From the NCBI GenBank assembly GCA_030324005.1, contig JARDVH010000154.1:20556397-20620396 (forward strand): a DNA stretch of 64,000 bases, in the 5' to 3' direction. Positions within the stretch are counted from its first letter, which is position 1, and the number at the start of each line of letters is the position of its first letter. The DNA is from Negaprion brevirostris (taxonomy: Eukaryota). The translations under genes were made by a program, and so were the position numbers. Shown one piece after another: positions 13,112 through 24,903 of this stretch. The notes under the pieces are model-generated. The model made no database searches and was not told the origin of the DNA. It was given only the letters and a program-made list of their open reading frames with translations.

Positions 13112-13265
13112 CTGGCCTCTGGTTCAGAACTGCTCTGTGCAGTGTCGACTGACAGAGAGGCTAACGCTGTAACAGTTTCTGCTTCTTCTTTTTCATGCTT
13201 TTGGGCCTCAAGCAGCGAGTAGCCTACGGTGGAAGCATAGCGCTTCACCGAACTCCAGTGTTTAC
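13112..13265 (-). CDS. HDAC5: HDAC5 exon: (S)[50 protein letters not shown](R)
   Basis: 154 nt; acceptor ttgcag, donor gtaact. Contains the class IIa C-terminal nuclear export signal region ([11 protein letters not shown]). Confidence 0.93.
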
Positions 13266-14323
13266 CTGCAAGTCAAATTACAATGGTTTGGAACATCTGT
13301 CAAATGCTTAGCTTAATGGAACATATCTAACTATAACCAATACATGGTGTACATAAATAGCAATGCTGTAAACAGATATAAAATGAAAACTGTGCACCAT
13401 GCAAAAACTAAACAACAACCATCCTTTCTCTTGTCAAGGTAGAGAAGGCAATTAAGAGAATGATTACAATCATTTCAGATCATAGCTAAGCCTGACCATA
13501 CTCTGAATGCAACCTTTTTGCATGCAAACTTTACTGAAATTTGATTCTCCCCTCTAACCCTATTCCAGGGGTGTTGAGGTAGAGATCAGTTAACTAATCA
13601 TCAGAAACAAGAATCAAACAGAAGACTACTTGCATTCTGGCTTTACTGACTAAGCCACTGGAATGCCTTAATTTACAAACTGACCTGGGACTGCACAGCA
13701 TTATCACTGCTAGTCGAGAGTAACTCAGGGCCATTATATTTTTGGACAGTATCTGTTCTGACTGGTGCTGAGGAAGCTGCCTTAGCGAAGCACAGATTAC
13801 GCTGTAGAAAAATGCTTCAAATGGAGGCAGCTTTGTACATGACAATGAGCTTGTTCTGCTTACGTTGCAGGATCGATTTCAGAACAGTGGTGGCAACATG
13901 GCAACAACTGCCCCTGCACACTTATGGGTCTGTTAGGCAACTGCAACACATATAAGTACCACAAAATTTGTGGCTTTCAACAGTCACTGAAANNNNNNNN
14001 NNCGTGCTGAGCTCTCAGAACAAATGACAGTCACGCACGTGGCTGCTACTGTATATTTGTAGCAGCTTAGGTTTGATGAGAACAAACTGAGGAGTACCAT
14101 CATTGGTTAATTTTCATGACTACAACTGTTGGCAGCGCAATAACTTGAAGGCAGCATGAACGAGCTGTCGTTTTGAAATTTAATACTAAATTTGTCCAAC
14201 TTACGGCTTTGAAACAATTGATCAAACACAAGGAAAAATAATTCACCATCATTCTTGTCATACAACCTGACATTTAGGCTTATCAACATTTTTATATAAG
14301 CAGTTAGATTAGGCACAACTTAC

Positions 14324-14408
14324 TCTGAATTTCAATAACTTTTTCTAGCGATGCTACCGCATTTGCATTAGGTTTCTGTTGAAGTATTTCTTGTGGAAGA
14401 GGATCAAG
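14324..14408 (-). CDS. HDAC5: HDAC5 exon: [28 protein letters not shown](S)
   Basis: 85 nt; acceptor ttgccag, donor gtaagt. Confidence 0.95.
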
Positions 14409-14817
14409 CTGGCAAGTAAAAATGAATAATACATCATTATGAACATAATTACTCCATCATTGCCTGGCAATAAATAACCATGAAAATTTTCAGATTTGAG
14501 TAAATGAATAAAAAGCAAATTTCATTACTTCTCTATGATTTTAAGTTCCAAAAGCTACTAGCTGAATTTGTAACGCACAGTCATCCAGTCAAGTATGTTT
14601 ATTTACAAAACAAGATTGTCATGGGGAAATTCTATGTCCCAAAGGCTCAAAAAGAATTTAGCTGAATCACTGGAATTTTTTCAATGACAATATTATCTTT
14701 AAAGTGCATTCTCCAATTCAGTATATCAAGACAGGATTGTCAGTTTAGCACCTATGCCTGTTAAGTTAAAGCAGTATGTTTACAGCGTAATCTGGTTTTG
14801 ATTTTGACTGCACATAC

Positions 14818-14951
14818 CTCATTACCCAGCAGGGCTGAAACGCAGGACTCGGATGCATCACAGATGGCAGTGAGATCATGTCCTCCTTCCAAAGCAAGAA
14901 CCACACGTCCTGCAGCTAACTTCATCAGCTGTTTGGTCAGGTAGCCAAAAC
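14818..14951 (-). CDS. HDAC5: HDAC5 exon: (C)[44 protein letters not shown]
   Basis: 134 nt; acceptor ctctcag, donor gtatgt. EGGH (His codon at 14878-14880) is the vertebrate class IIa Tyr-to-His signature. Confidence 0.96.
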
Positions 14952-15299
14952 CTGAGAGAGAAATGTGTATGAGGTACACAATCTAACATCTATGAAATAG
15001 CTTTCTTTCTCAAATCCAATTTCTACGCACGACATTTGAGAATGGTTTGTACGGAAATATACCCCATCATTAAATGAAATCATGCCCTTGAATATAATTT
15101 GAGATAATTAAAAACACACAGCAATGTACATTACTCTTCTTGCTTAATCCTTTGAAAACACACATATTCTTGGACATAATGGCAATTTTGTTCATGTTTC
15201 AAACTTAGAGCTGCTTACTTTGATTTGTCAAACTCCATGAAATAATTTATTAATTTAACATAGAAGTCTTTTATTATTCTGATTTTCTTTGCTATCAAT

Positions 15300-16120
15300 T
15301 TGTCATCGTTGGCATCCATTCATCTATGAAAGATGATGAACATGCAGCATACAATCCATTTCAGATGTGGTGTCTTCAAATGGTACATCATCACCAATAG
15401 CTGAAGAGGCTAATTATTGAGAAGCAGGTTCTGCCACCAGCACCGCACATGAAGCTTCTAAGTGTTGATATGGATTGTTGTTTTGGTGTTGGTACCTTTT
15501 GCCAAGTTGATCTAGCCACAGGTCACCCAACAGGACAAAGCACTATTTTTCCCTGTCATCAATTAATGATTTCCAGATGGGGTAATCAATATTTAGAGCC
15601 TCCAGGCCATGCTGGCACACATCCTTGAAGCAGAGCCTTGGGCATCCCACTGCTCCAGCTACTTCACCATACAGGAAGTCCTTGGGTATGCAACCTTCTT
15701 CCATCCTGCAGATGAGCCCAAACCAACAAAACTACCTTCTGATGATGCGTGCGAACAAACTTGGGAGCTCTGCCTTTGAGAGGACAGTTGCATTCATGAT
15801 TTGGGATGTACCCACAACGCGCAACAGATGGCGAAGATGGAAAATTGTTGAGCTTCTTTTCTTGATAACTGTAAGTCATCCATGTTTCACAGCCATGCAA
15901 CAAGGTGCTGAAAACACAGACTTTATAAATCATCCACTTGGTTCTAAGGGCCAGCTTCACGATACTCCATGTGTGTTTTGTGTGTTGGCCGAAAGTGGTA
16001 GCTGGTTTGCTGCGTATGCATCAAGTTCTGCATCAAGGGACAGACTACCTGTCAGTGTGAATGCATAATAGTAGAATTTGCTAACCACTGCAGTGGGGTG
16101 TTATTTAGTGTGATATAAGT
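15300..16120 (-). mobile_element. RTE-clade LINE 3' fragment
   Basis: ORF 15664..15960 contains TKWMIYKVCVFSTLLHGCETWMTYSYQEKKLNNF, the RTE post-RT motif (LLYGCETW); frameshifted. Confidence 0.75.
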
Positions 16121-17680
16121 GTCACTTGCAATCGTATTTAGGCAGAGGGGGCAGGAAGGTGGATGAAGATGACAGACAATGGAAGACAGAGGGAAGACCA
16201 AGGAAGGGTAGCTGGACCATGAGCCCAAAGCTCACAAACAAAGGGATACTACAACGTTTACTGGAAGGAGTTGCACAAAACCTTTGGATGCGGTGGGTCA
16301 AGGTCCAAGCGGGGCATGGACACCTCACAGGTGATGGGCTAAGGGGGGAGAGTGATTGAATTGAGGAACAGATTTCTTGAGCCTGCTAGCCTTTTTCCTC
16401 TGGATTGCTGACATTCTGCATGGTCCAGTGAAGTTAGATGGGCTGGAGAGAGTCACACGAGTGTGCTGGACAGGTTTTAAATAAGATGCCGGGACCTTCA
16501 AACCTACCAGCTGACGGCAGCAGACAAATAAGCTGCCACCCCACCATGTGAATCAGAGGGGAATGGCGCCACTGGAGAGCCCACCACTGCACTTAACCTC
16601 AGAATGAGAGAATTTCACTGTGTGCTGTGGTATTTAAACTGAAGATTACACTTTTAAAATTGAATAGCTCAATTTTAAAACACACATTCATTTGGTTAAT
16701 TATACTTCTTTTGCACACGCAGTCAAAAAGAGAGAAATGGAATTACTTATTTATTTTTAAAATATGAACCTGTATTGTACTTATCTCAGTTTGGTGCTGA
16801 TAGCAGTTTTAAACTAAGCCTACTAAGTGGAACACTATAATCTTTAAAAATTGAGAGAATTTTAAATAAACAGGATGCAAAATAGTTTCTGCAAAAGATC
16901 TGGACAGAAGTGGCACGCAGATCTTTAAAGCTGAAAAGAGAAATTTGTGTTTCAAGTACTCCGTGGTAACACAAATACTGAAATCTGCGAACTGGGTTAT
17001 TTCTACAAGTTAGAACCTGGGGCATGATAAGATTCTCACCACCTCCAATAAAGTGATGGCAATGATTCAAAGCAGCACTTTTCAAACTTTTGGAGGAACC
17101 ACTACAAATACTGATATATTTCTGGCAGCCCCCACCCAAACTACTGAAACATATTTTCAGTTACCCGAAGGAAAAGAAAGTGCTATTGTTGCAGAATTTA
17201 TTTTATTCTTTTTCCATTCGACCCTTGTACTCTGCCCTAGGGAAGGTGCTGGCAACTCAAGTCGCATACAAGATACTTATAATTTTTATCTTTGGAGTAC
17301 TGTCTCCCAGGTGAGCCACTTACAACCGCTATTTACAACAGGAGTGGGTCGACTTGCACTCATAGGACACATGTATTTCAATCCAGTTTTCAGAGCTGCC
17401 ACTCTGGTTTTTCCTCACCGGGGCCATTGGAATAGAAGCCACATCCTATCCCTCTCTCCCACTCAGGCAACAATGTTAGCAATGAGCCAGTGATCACTTT
17501 GGACATTTAAGGCCTATAAGGAAAAATCAGTAAAATGTGGAGATGAAGAGTGATAGTGAAACCTGTCTGGTCCTTGGTGTCGGTATTGCTGATTTTTTTT
17601 GCTGAGATTTGAACATTTTGAACAGGTTATTTTTCCTTCTGAGTAACTGTCAGGTTACAAATTTTGCTGTTGCAACTTAC

Positions 17681-17799
17681 ATTTGGCAGTTGCAGAGTAT
17701 CCACCAAGTGGTGAGGGATGTCCTTCCACAGCATCAAAGCCAGCAGACACCAGCACAACATCAGGAGAAAACTCATTGGCAATAGGCATCACAACAGTC
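17681..17799 (-). CDS. HDAC5: HDAC5 exon: (R)[39 protein letters not shown](C)
   Basis: 119 nt; acceptor ttttag, donor gtaagt. Contains the SAGFDA zinc-ligand Asp. Confidence 0.96.
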
Positions 17800-18559
17800 C
17801 TAAAACAAAAAGAAAAACTGCATAATATCCAACTGCAGATATACCTACCTGCTCCATATTCAAAAGGCTATATGTGGCTATAATTGCAACAGCTGTCGGA
17901 AGCACTACTTAGTCTCTCAAATTTTTACTATTAACAGTTAAAAAGAAAATCCTGCACCCTTTTCTAATTTATCTCACTGGGGCAAAGTTTACTTACTTTT
18001 AATTTTAAATACAAACAGATTGCTCTGGGTAAGCTTTAATTTTTAATAGTTTTCAATTTCAGCCCCTTCAGGTTTACAAAAGGGACACTGTCTCTTTAAT
18101 GCCATTCAGGAAGCAGTTTGCTAAAACACAAGAATGAGTTCATGCCCATGAAATGGTTGAACAGTAGGTGGCTGCTACTCGCATTTAAGTGACTCTGGAC
18201 TAACAAATAACACATGCCCATATGGTGTAAACTTTAGCCCAATAGCATTTATCATCAGTTACACTGGCACCATGGCATATACAAAGCACATGCAATTCTA
18301 GGAATTGTGTGCCTAATGTAAATTGTCAGACATACTGAAAACCAATCAGTTACAAAGCAGGTTCTTTTATATTTGTAGCTTTCGACATAAGAGTTAATTC
18401 AACTTGTGCAAATTAAAGAACAAAACAATACTCTAAATGCATTATGCAGAAAACTATGGAGCCAAACAGTCCAGCAAGATCTCCAGTTCAATATTTGTTC
18501 TTTACCAAATTAATTGTGGTTCTGATGAAGAAACTAAAATTTGCCTGAATGTCTTCAAT

Positions 18560-18772
18560 GGCAGCATGGTGGCACAGTGGTTAGCACTGCTGCCTCACAG
18601 CACCAGGGACCCGAGTTTGATTCCTGGCTTGGGTCACTGCCTGTGTGGGGTTTGCACATTCTCTCCATGTCTGCGCAGGTTTTCTCTGTGTGTTTCTGTT
18701 TCCTCCCACAGTCCGAAAGACATGGTGGTTAAGTGCATTGGCCATGCTAAATTCACATTCTGGCGCCGGAGT
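18560..18772 (+). mobile_element. V-SINE, second tail type, truncated by the 100-N gap
   Basis: ggcagcatggtggcacagtggttagcactgctgcctcacag... ending ggcgccggagt at the gap. Confidence 0.88.
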
Positions 18773-19594
18773 NNNNNNNNNNNNNNNNNNNNNNNNNNNN
18801 NNNNNNNNNNNNNNNNNNNNNNNNNNNNNNNNNNNNNNNNNNNNNNNNNNNNNNNNNNNNNNNNNNNNNNNNGTACTAAGGAGGTCTCAACATTACCTGG
18901 CTTTGATTGGAGTTCCTTGGGTTTTACTAGCCTCTCTCTCTGGCCTCAGGGATGCACATGACTTCTGAATTATGCTGCACTCCTAACAAAGCCGCAATGT
19001 AGACATTACTTCTCAGTAACAATATTAAAATGTAAATACGTCTGTAATGTTGTTTTGCCTTTGGAAGAGCTTCTAACTTAGTTTGACAATGATGTGGGCT
19101 TGAGGGAACTGAAGTCTTGTCTAATGGATTGATGTTGGCTCAGTTTGGTGCGGCTACGTGCAAGTCAGGGTTGGCTCACTTTGTTTGTAACACAGACACT
19201 TTTCCCCCTCAAACACTTGGAGCTGTGCAGTCTGTGCAGTCTAGCGCTAACTACTAGCCGGGAATGTGCCTGAAGTCGAAATGCTGGCTCATCATTCGCA
19301 TGCTGGCTCGCAGGACACAAAATAGAACAACAGAGAGGAAAAGACACCAACAGTGCGCCACTGACAAGTGGGATTGCCAGTTACTGAAGAAAGAATGTGT
19401 TCCTCTCTTAACTGGCACCACTCTTCTTTCTCAAGAGTCACATCTTTCTTAACCAAAAAAAAATGCATGGTTAGTGGGACATCAACATGCAGCTGCACTC
19501 TAGGAAGGGGGTCACAAACAGAGACAGGAGTTGGGAAGACACTTTTAAAGTAACACCACCAATGTGCTCTCTCTCATTTCCGTATGCTTCAGGG

Positions 19595-19888
19595 CTAGAC
19601 TGCATCTTCTGCTTCCATCTGCGGTTTTGTGGCTTCTTTGTTCTCATCACCGCTTGAGCCCCAGAAGTCAAGGTTACGCCTGAGAGAAGTGAGGACCTGT
19701 ACCTGTAAGTTGGACACTGGCGCTGGGCTGGCGGCTAAGGCGGCCGTTGCCATGGTGCGGTTCAGAAGAGGGTTGGGGGGATTGCAGCTGGCCGGGTGGG
19801 TGGCTTTCCAATAGGCTTCAAGGTACTCGGCTAGATGCTCGCAAGCGTCTTCCAACTGATTCTCATCTAGAATGATATCAAACAGTTC
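19595..19888 (-). CDS. CACNB1: Isolated CACNB1 exon (end of guanylate-kinase domain plus beta1a/beta1c-type C-terminus): [62 protein letters not shown]|[35 protein letters not shown]-stop
   Basis: ORF 19595..19855 extends to acceptor cttttcttccttcgcag at 19889. The peptide matches recalled CACNB1 ([75 protein letters not shown]). An internal donor CAG|GTACAG at 19701-19702 sits where beta1b splices out. No other CACNB1 exon was found in the window, so function at this location is uncertain. Confidence 0.9.
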   Translation of the reverse strand, partial: ELFDIILDENQLEDACEHLAEYLEAYWKATHPASCNPPNPLLNRTMATAALAASPAPVSNLQVQVLTSLRRNLDFWGSSGDENKEATKPQMEAEDAV

Positions 19889-20039
19889 CTGCGAAGGAAG
19901 AAAAGGTTAGCACAAACTTGAAAGTCTTTTTCAGCCCCTTTTCTCCCTAGCCTCTCATTGTTTCTGTATTTGTTGAAATCAGTGTGACAACATTTCCCAA
20001 GGCCTTGATAATCATCGGCTAGATGTATAAGGGTGGCAG

Positions 20040-20265
20040 GTATGTGGCAGCAACATTCACACATTATCCCAACATGGATGTATATCAGCCATTCCTTCAC
20101 TGCTGTTGTGTCAATATCCTGGAACTCCTTCCTGAACAGTACCATGTGCGTCTGTCCCACACAGAGTATGGCAGTTCAAGATGGTGGCTTACTACCACCT
20201 TCCCAATGGTAATTAGGGATGCCACCTATAGAGATGGCAGTAACTGATGCCAGCTTGTCATTAAC
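20040..20265 (+). mobile_element. Degenerate CR1-clade LINE 3' end
   Basis: tccttcactgctgttgtgtcaatatcctggaactcc...cagttcaagatggtggcttactaccaccttc matches 3440-3708. Confidence 0.65.
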
Positions 20266-20281
20266 ACCCGAGCTATATATG

Positions 20282-20541
20282 AGCCTTACAGCACCAGGGA
20301 CCCAGGTTCAATTCCTGCCTCGAGTCACTGTCTGTGTGGAGTCTGCATTTTCTGCCTGTGTTTCCTCTGGGTGCTCTGGTTTCCTTCCACTGTCTGAAAG
20401 ATGTGCTGGTTCGGTGTGTTGGCCCTGCTAAATTCCTCCTCAGTGTACCCAAACAGGTGCCGGAGTGTGGTGACTGGGGGATTTTCACAATAACTTCATT
20501 GCAGTGTTAATGTAAGCTTACTTATGGTACTAATAAATAAA
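20282..20541 (+). mobile_element. V-SINE, second tail type, slightly 5'-truncated
   Basis: cagcaccagggacccaggttcaattcc...gtgccggagtgtggtgactgggggattttcacaataacttcattgcagtg...taataaataaa. Confidence 0.88.
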
Positions 20542-22248
20542 TGGAGCCAAGGAAAAGCAAGTGCAAGGGAATTCTGTTAGCTCTTCAGCTCCCAATTGCT
20601 GCCCAGCAACCTGTGCTTCAAAGGTATACATGTAGCAGTCTAGTAAGGACGGGATCCACCTCCATTGTAACAGCCTCCGTGGTCACATGAAGAAATGTTA
20701 CCGGGCAAGATTTTAGCCACTATCAGAACACATGGAACTAAACCACAACAAATTACCACCTTCAGAGAGACAGGAAATAAAAGTATATTCTATTGTTTAT
20801 TTTCATGCTATAGGATTTCACTGTTGACTAACAGATATGAGCAGCTCAGATAGCAATCATGAAGCTGTTTCAACTGAGGAAATGAGTGCATATGCTATTA
20901 TAATCATCCTCTCTCTTTAGGAAGCACAGGAGTACATGATACCAAACACAGCGGAAATTTGTCCTGCTCATCTGGCCTGTAGGTTCCTATCACCCAAGAA
21001 TATCAAAATCTTGGTCACTTCTGGTTAACAAAACTAAAGGTCTGCTGATAAACACAGGGTCCTTATAACAAGTAGTCTTTTCAGGAACAGTAAAAATAGC
21101 AGCGTATGCATTAAGCCTACTGAGAATTTACAATAAATGTTGTGAAGTCTAAGAAAAGCTCTTTAACTCAAGCAATTTAGATAAAGCTTTCTTGCACCAG
21201 GTCAAATTGATGTTGTAAAAGTGCAGTTTGTCTGCCATCATTCTTGTTATTATTCAAGACCTTGATATAAGTGTAGCAACGCTTACACCTTTTTTTGTTT
21301 GCAAACAAGCAAACAGCAGACATATGGCCTTTAAAGTCAGTAAAAGTCAGCTGAACTCAATGATTGAAAGCAGCGCAGGGATAATTTTCTAACATCAAAC
21401 AATGATGGCCTCAAAGACAGCAGCTGGAACTACACAAGTGTAAGAACGAACCTAAGTCTACAAAATTTGTGATATGCTGGGTATGCAAAAAGGAAAAAGG
21501 GCAGCCTTCTGGATTTCATTATATTCAATTATCTGATCCAACTCCAGCCTGACCCTGTAGCATGCAAGCAAGGAAATTTGGCTTCTAGTCTGTTTAGTGT
21601 TATGCTGCCTGAGGCTCTTGACCATTTCCTGGAAGCCCCCTTCTCCAAATGTTAGTTCCTTTGAATAAAATGTTTTCCTGAATGCTATCCTTTTTTTTGC
21701 CTGCGCTTTATTGGATTTGTTTCCCCCCAAAATCAACTGATTTAGGAAGTATTTATTGACAGTTCTTGTGAGAGTAAACTATTAGGCTGTCACAGGTTTA
21801 AATACACAACTCGTACAACTAACAATCGCAGCTCAGCCACTCCATTTAAAATTGCTGCAGTGTTAATTACATGCAGGTGAACACCTGAAGCAATATTCTA
21901 AGCCTGATTTCACTGAAAGTAAAATAATTATGAGGTTCAGAAAAATAACTTAATTGCTGCAATCAATCAATATTTAACCTTCGGGCTTTTAAATTAAAAC
22001 TTTTTGGGTTTTGCTTAATGAATTTGTCTCCATTTTAGTTGCATTATTTCTTTTACTAGTAGACAGTTACATCCAGGGCGTCATGAATGAACACAAGGTG
22101 ACACGTAGGTGATGTGGCGGTTTGGTGCTGTGGTGTAGGTCCTGAGAGAAATACAACAATGTCAGGTGAACATATTATCAAGAAAAATTATCTTCTAAAT
22201 TAATCTGAAACGGTTTTCATACAATGACTCCAAGCAAAAAAATCTCAC

Positions 22249-22346
22249 CTGAAAGCTGTCAAGTACTCTACATCTCCATTAGAGGGATCCACCCCACCTG
22301 TCCAAGCAATATTGACATTGAATCCTACTCCAGGTCCTGTTCCAAC
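22249..22346 (-). CDS. HDAC5: HDAC5 exon: [32 protein letters not shown](R)
   Basis: 98 nt; acceptor tttaag, donor gtgaga; ends in phase 2. Confidence 0.95.
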
Positions 22347-23735
22347 CTTAAACAAAAATCATTAAGCAAAATGAGGAAATCTATTCATAAAACAAAATCA
22401 TAACCAAATGACGCAATATTTTGTTTGGTAAATTTTGCTCACTGAGTTTAAAGATTCTTACTGCTGGGGAAACATGGATACCAGTGATGTTAAAACATTA
22501 CAGTCTATTTCACTTATTGCCTTGGGCCCAACACCAAGCGTAACAAAATGAAATACAAAGTTGATTAAGAGGCAAGCTGGTTGCATTTTTCTGGTGAATC
22601 TTTTCATTTGTTCATAGGATGCAACCATCATTGGCAAGATCAGCATTTACTGCCCAACCTTAACTGCCCTCAAGAAGAATGCTTTGAATCACATTCACTG
22701 TGGAGAGCTCATAGAAAAGACAAGTTTCTAGTTAACTCGAATGCGCCAGCACGTGTTTACTGCTAAAAGGAATTAGATTTCCGGGGATAGGCCAGTATAT
22801 AAACAGTGTCACACCATTGTGCATCACAGCAATGCTGTATTATGATACGCATTTGACTTTCAGCTTCTACTCCAGCTGTTACACTGGATCTGACACAAAG
22901 TTAATTGGCTGACAGATTCCCACCTTGGGTAAAGCTTGCTTGTGGTAGTTACGATCAAGTGAAACAAAATTTGGCACCCTATACTATGATTGTCAAGTCA
23001 AATTTAGGCCACTTTAAGTTGAAACTCAGTTTACCTGAAAAACCACAATTTAAAATCAATGCATAAATGTGCGTACTGATAACACTAGAATTTGTAGACA
23101 TCGGTATTAATTGTGGCTGCAGTGTTGGCACTGTATAAACAGGGACACTACTGTAATGTTAATAACAGCAATTGTATTGAAGGGCAGATGGACTTTGTGA
23201 CTCTGACAGCAACCTCTCTCAGACATCGCTAATGTGTGTAAAGGGGGTTGTAGAGTTGGGTGCAATGGCAGCACTGCACAGTGTTTCTGTTCCAACATCT
23301 GATATTAAGCTTAAGTGGAGAACACCTTACATTTTTAAACTATTCATCTAATAGTCAATAATGTTATATTCCACAAAAATATATGGATCTTAATTGGTAC
23401 ATTGCAACTTTAAATAACTCAATTTTTCAATAAAAGTAATTGACTAATTAAAAAAATATATATTTCTGTTAGTTATAAATGAAATTAGTGCTTGTGCATT
23501 TACTAATTAAATTTTCTGAAGGTTTTGGAATAATTGGATTTTAAAAAACTATCAATTTATACAATTAATAATTTTAATTATGAGTAGGAATAGTTCCTTG
23601 CCCATTTTTCAAACTATGTTACTTTAGAACATTGACATAGAGGAAGTTGATAAACATAGGTTGTTGATTAGGTGACGCAAATGTGTTTCAAATGCTTCCA
23701 AGGAGACATTATACACAAAGGGTTAATAAGCATCA

Positions 23736-23882
<147 letters not shown>

Positions 23883-24236
23883 CTACAAGGAATGGAAACA
23901 AAGATATCAGTTTCAAAAGCATAAAAATAAAGAAACATCTTCTTCTGATTAATTTCCTGACTCTTCTAACAAATTATTTTTTAATTAGCCAAGCCAGGTC
24001 ATGCACTCTTTGTGTTGGGAAATGTTGCCTTAGGCTTTGAGAATTTAGATATATAGATCTAAGTTCGCCGTAAGATTAAATCATTCTTTCGGAAATTCTC
24101 TTGAAGTAAAATTTAAGTTGGATATCATTGTTCCAGATCCAAAAACAGGCATTCATTTTTAAACTGCAACCACCACAAAGAAGTCAATCAATTTTTAATT
24201 TTGCTTAGAATGCTTTTGGCAGAGTGCAATACATAC

Positions 24237-24324
24237 CCAGTCCACAATTAAAATTTTTCCAACGTTAAGTTTTTGCTTAAGTAGTTTGGCAGAAATTGCC
24301 ACAGAGTTGAAAAAGCAAAATCCC
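24237..24324 (-). CDS. HDAC5: HDAC5 exon: (M)[29 protein letters not shown]
   Basis: 88 nt; acceptor cttccag, donor gtatgt. Confidence 0.96.
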
Positions 24325-24847
24325 CTGGAAGAGAAAAATGAAAAAGTTGGAAAGTAAATTTAATCAATCGGTAATTACTACTACTTTGTTTAGCAGGGCT
24401 ATAGATTATGTATTGCCAAGAAGAAAGCAACTGATCTGAAGATCATAAACATCAAAGCGTCAAAACGTATGCAAGTTACTCTCAAGACTGCCCTACCAAA
24501 CTACTTATTTAAATTATTAAAATACTCTTTTTTTTAAAGAAATTTGGATTTAAACTTGAACAAACTTTTTAACAAGTCCATTTAGTTCTGGTGTCTTGAG
24601 TAAGAAATAAATTGGACCATTGCAATCCAAAATTAACATACAATAGCATGGTTATCCAACTCAATTGCTTTTTATTTCACAAGTGAAGAATGCTGCCACT
24701 ATGTACGCAGATATATTAGTTTGGCTCTGTGCATGTATTGTTCTATGAAGACAAATTTTGTTAAAATACATCAGAAGCTGTACGACCTATAAGAAATTAA
24801 TTTAATGCAATGTTTCATTGCTCAGAAGATTCTTGGTATGAACTTAC

Positions 24848-24903
24848 ATTGCAGTGGATTCTTCTGCATGGTGCCCTGGTGGTCTGACAACAGCAAAACC
24901 ATT
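24848..24903 (-). CDS. HDAC5: HDAC5 exon: NGFAVVRPPGHHAEESTA(M)
   Basis: 56 nt; acceptor acacag, donor gtaagt. Contains the catalytic His-His dyad (RPPGHHA). Confidence 0.96.

Noticed and set aside
14878-14880. His in place of the catalytic Tyr (EGGH)
   Set aside because: Normal for vertebrate class IIa HDACs; not novel and not a sign of pseudogenisation.
18437-18968. ORFs containing MVAQWLALLPHS and similar (also at 5133, 34870, 48501)
   Set aside because: Translations of the SINE tRNA head or of N gaps, not genes.
19595-19888. CACNB1 segment as a processed pseudogene or an in-frame HDAC5 fusion exon
   Set aside because: It keeps an intronic acceptor and lacks joined upstream exons, and the phase mismatch gives a stop within eight codons in the HDAC5 frame.
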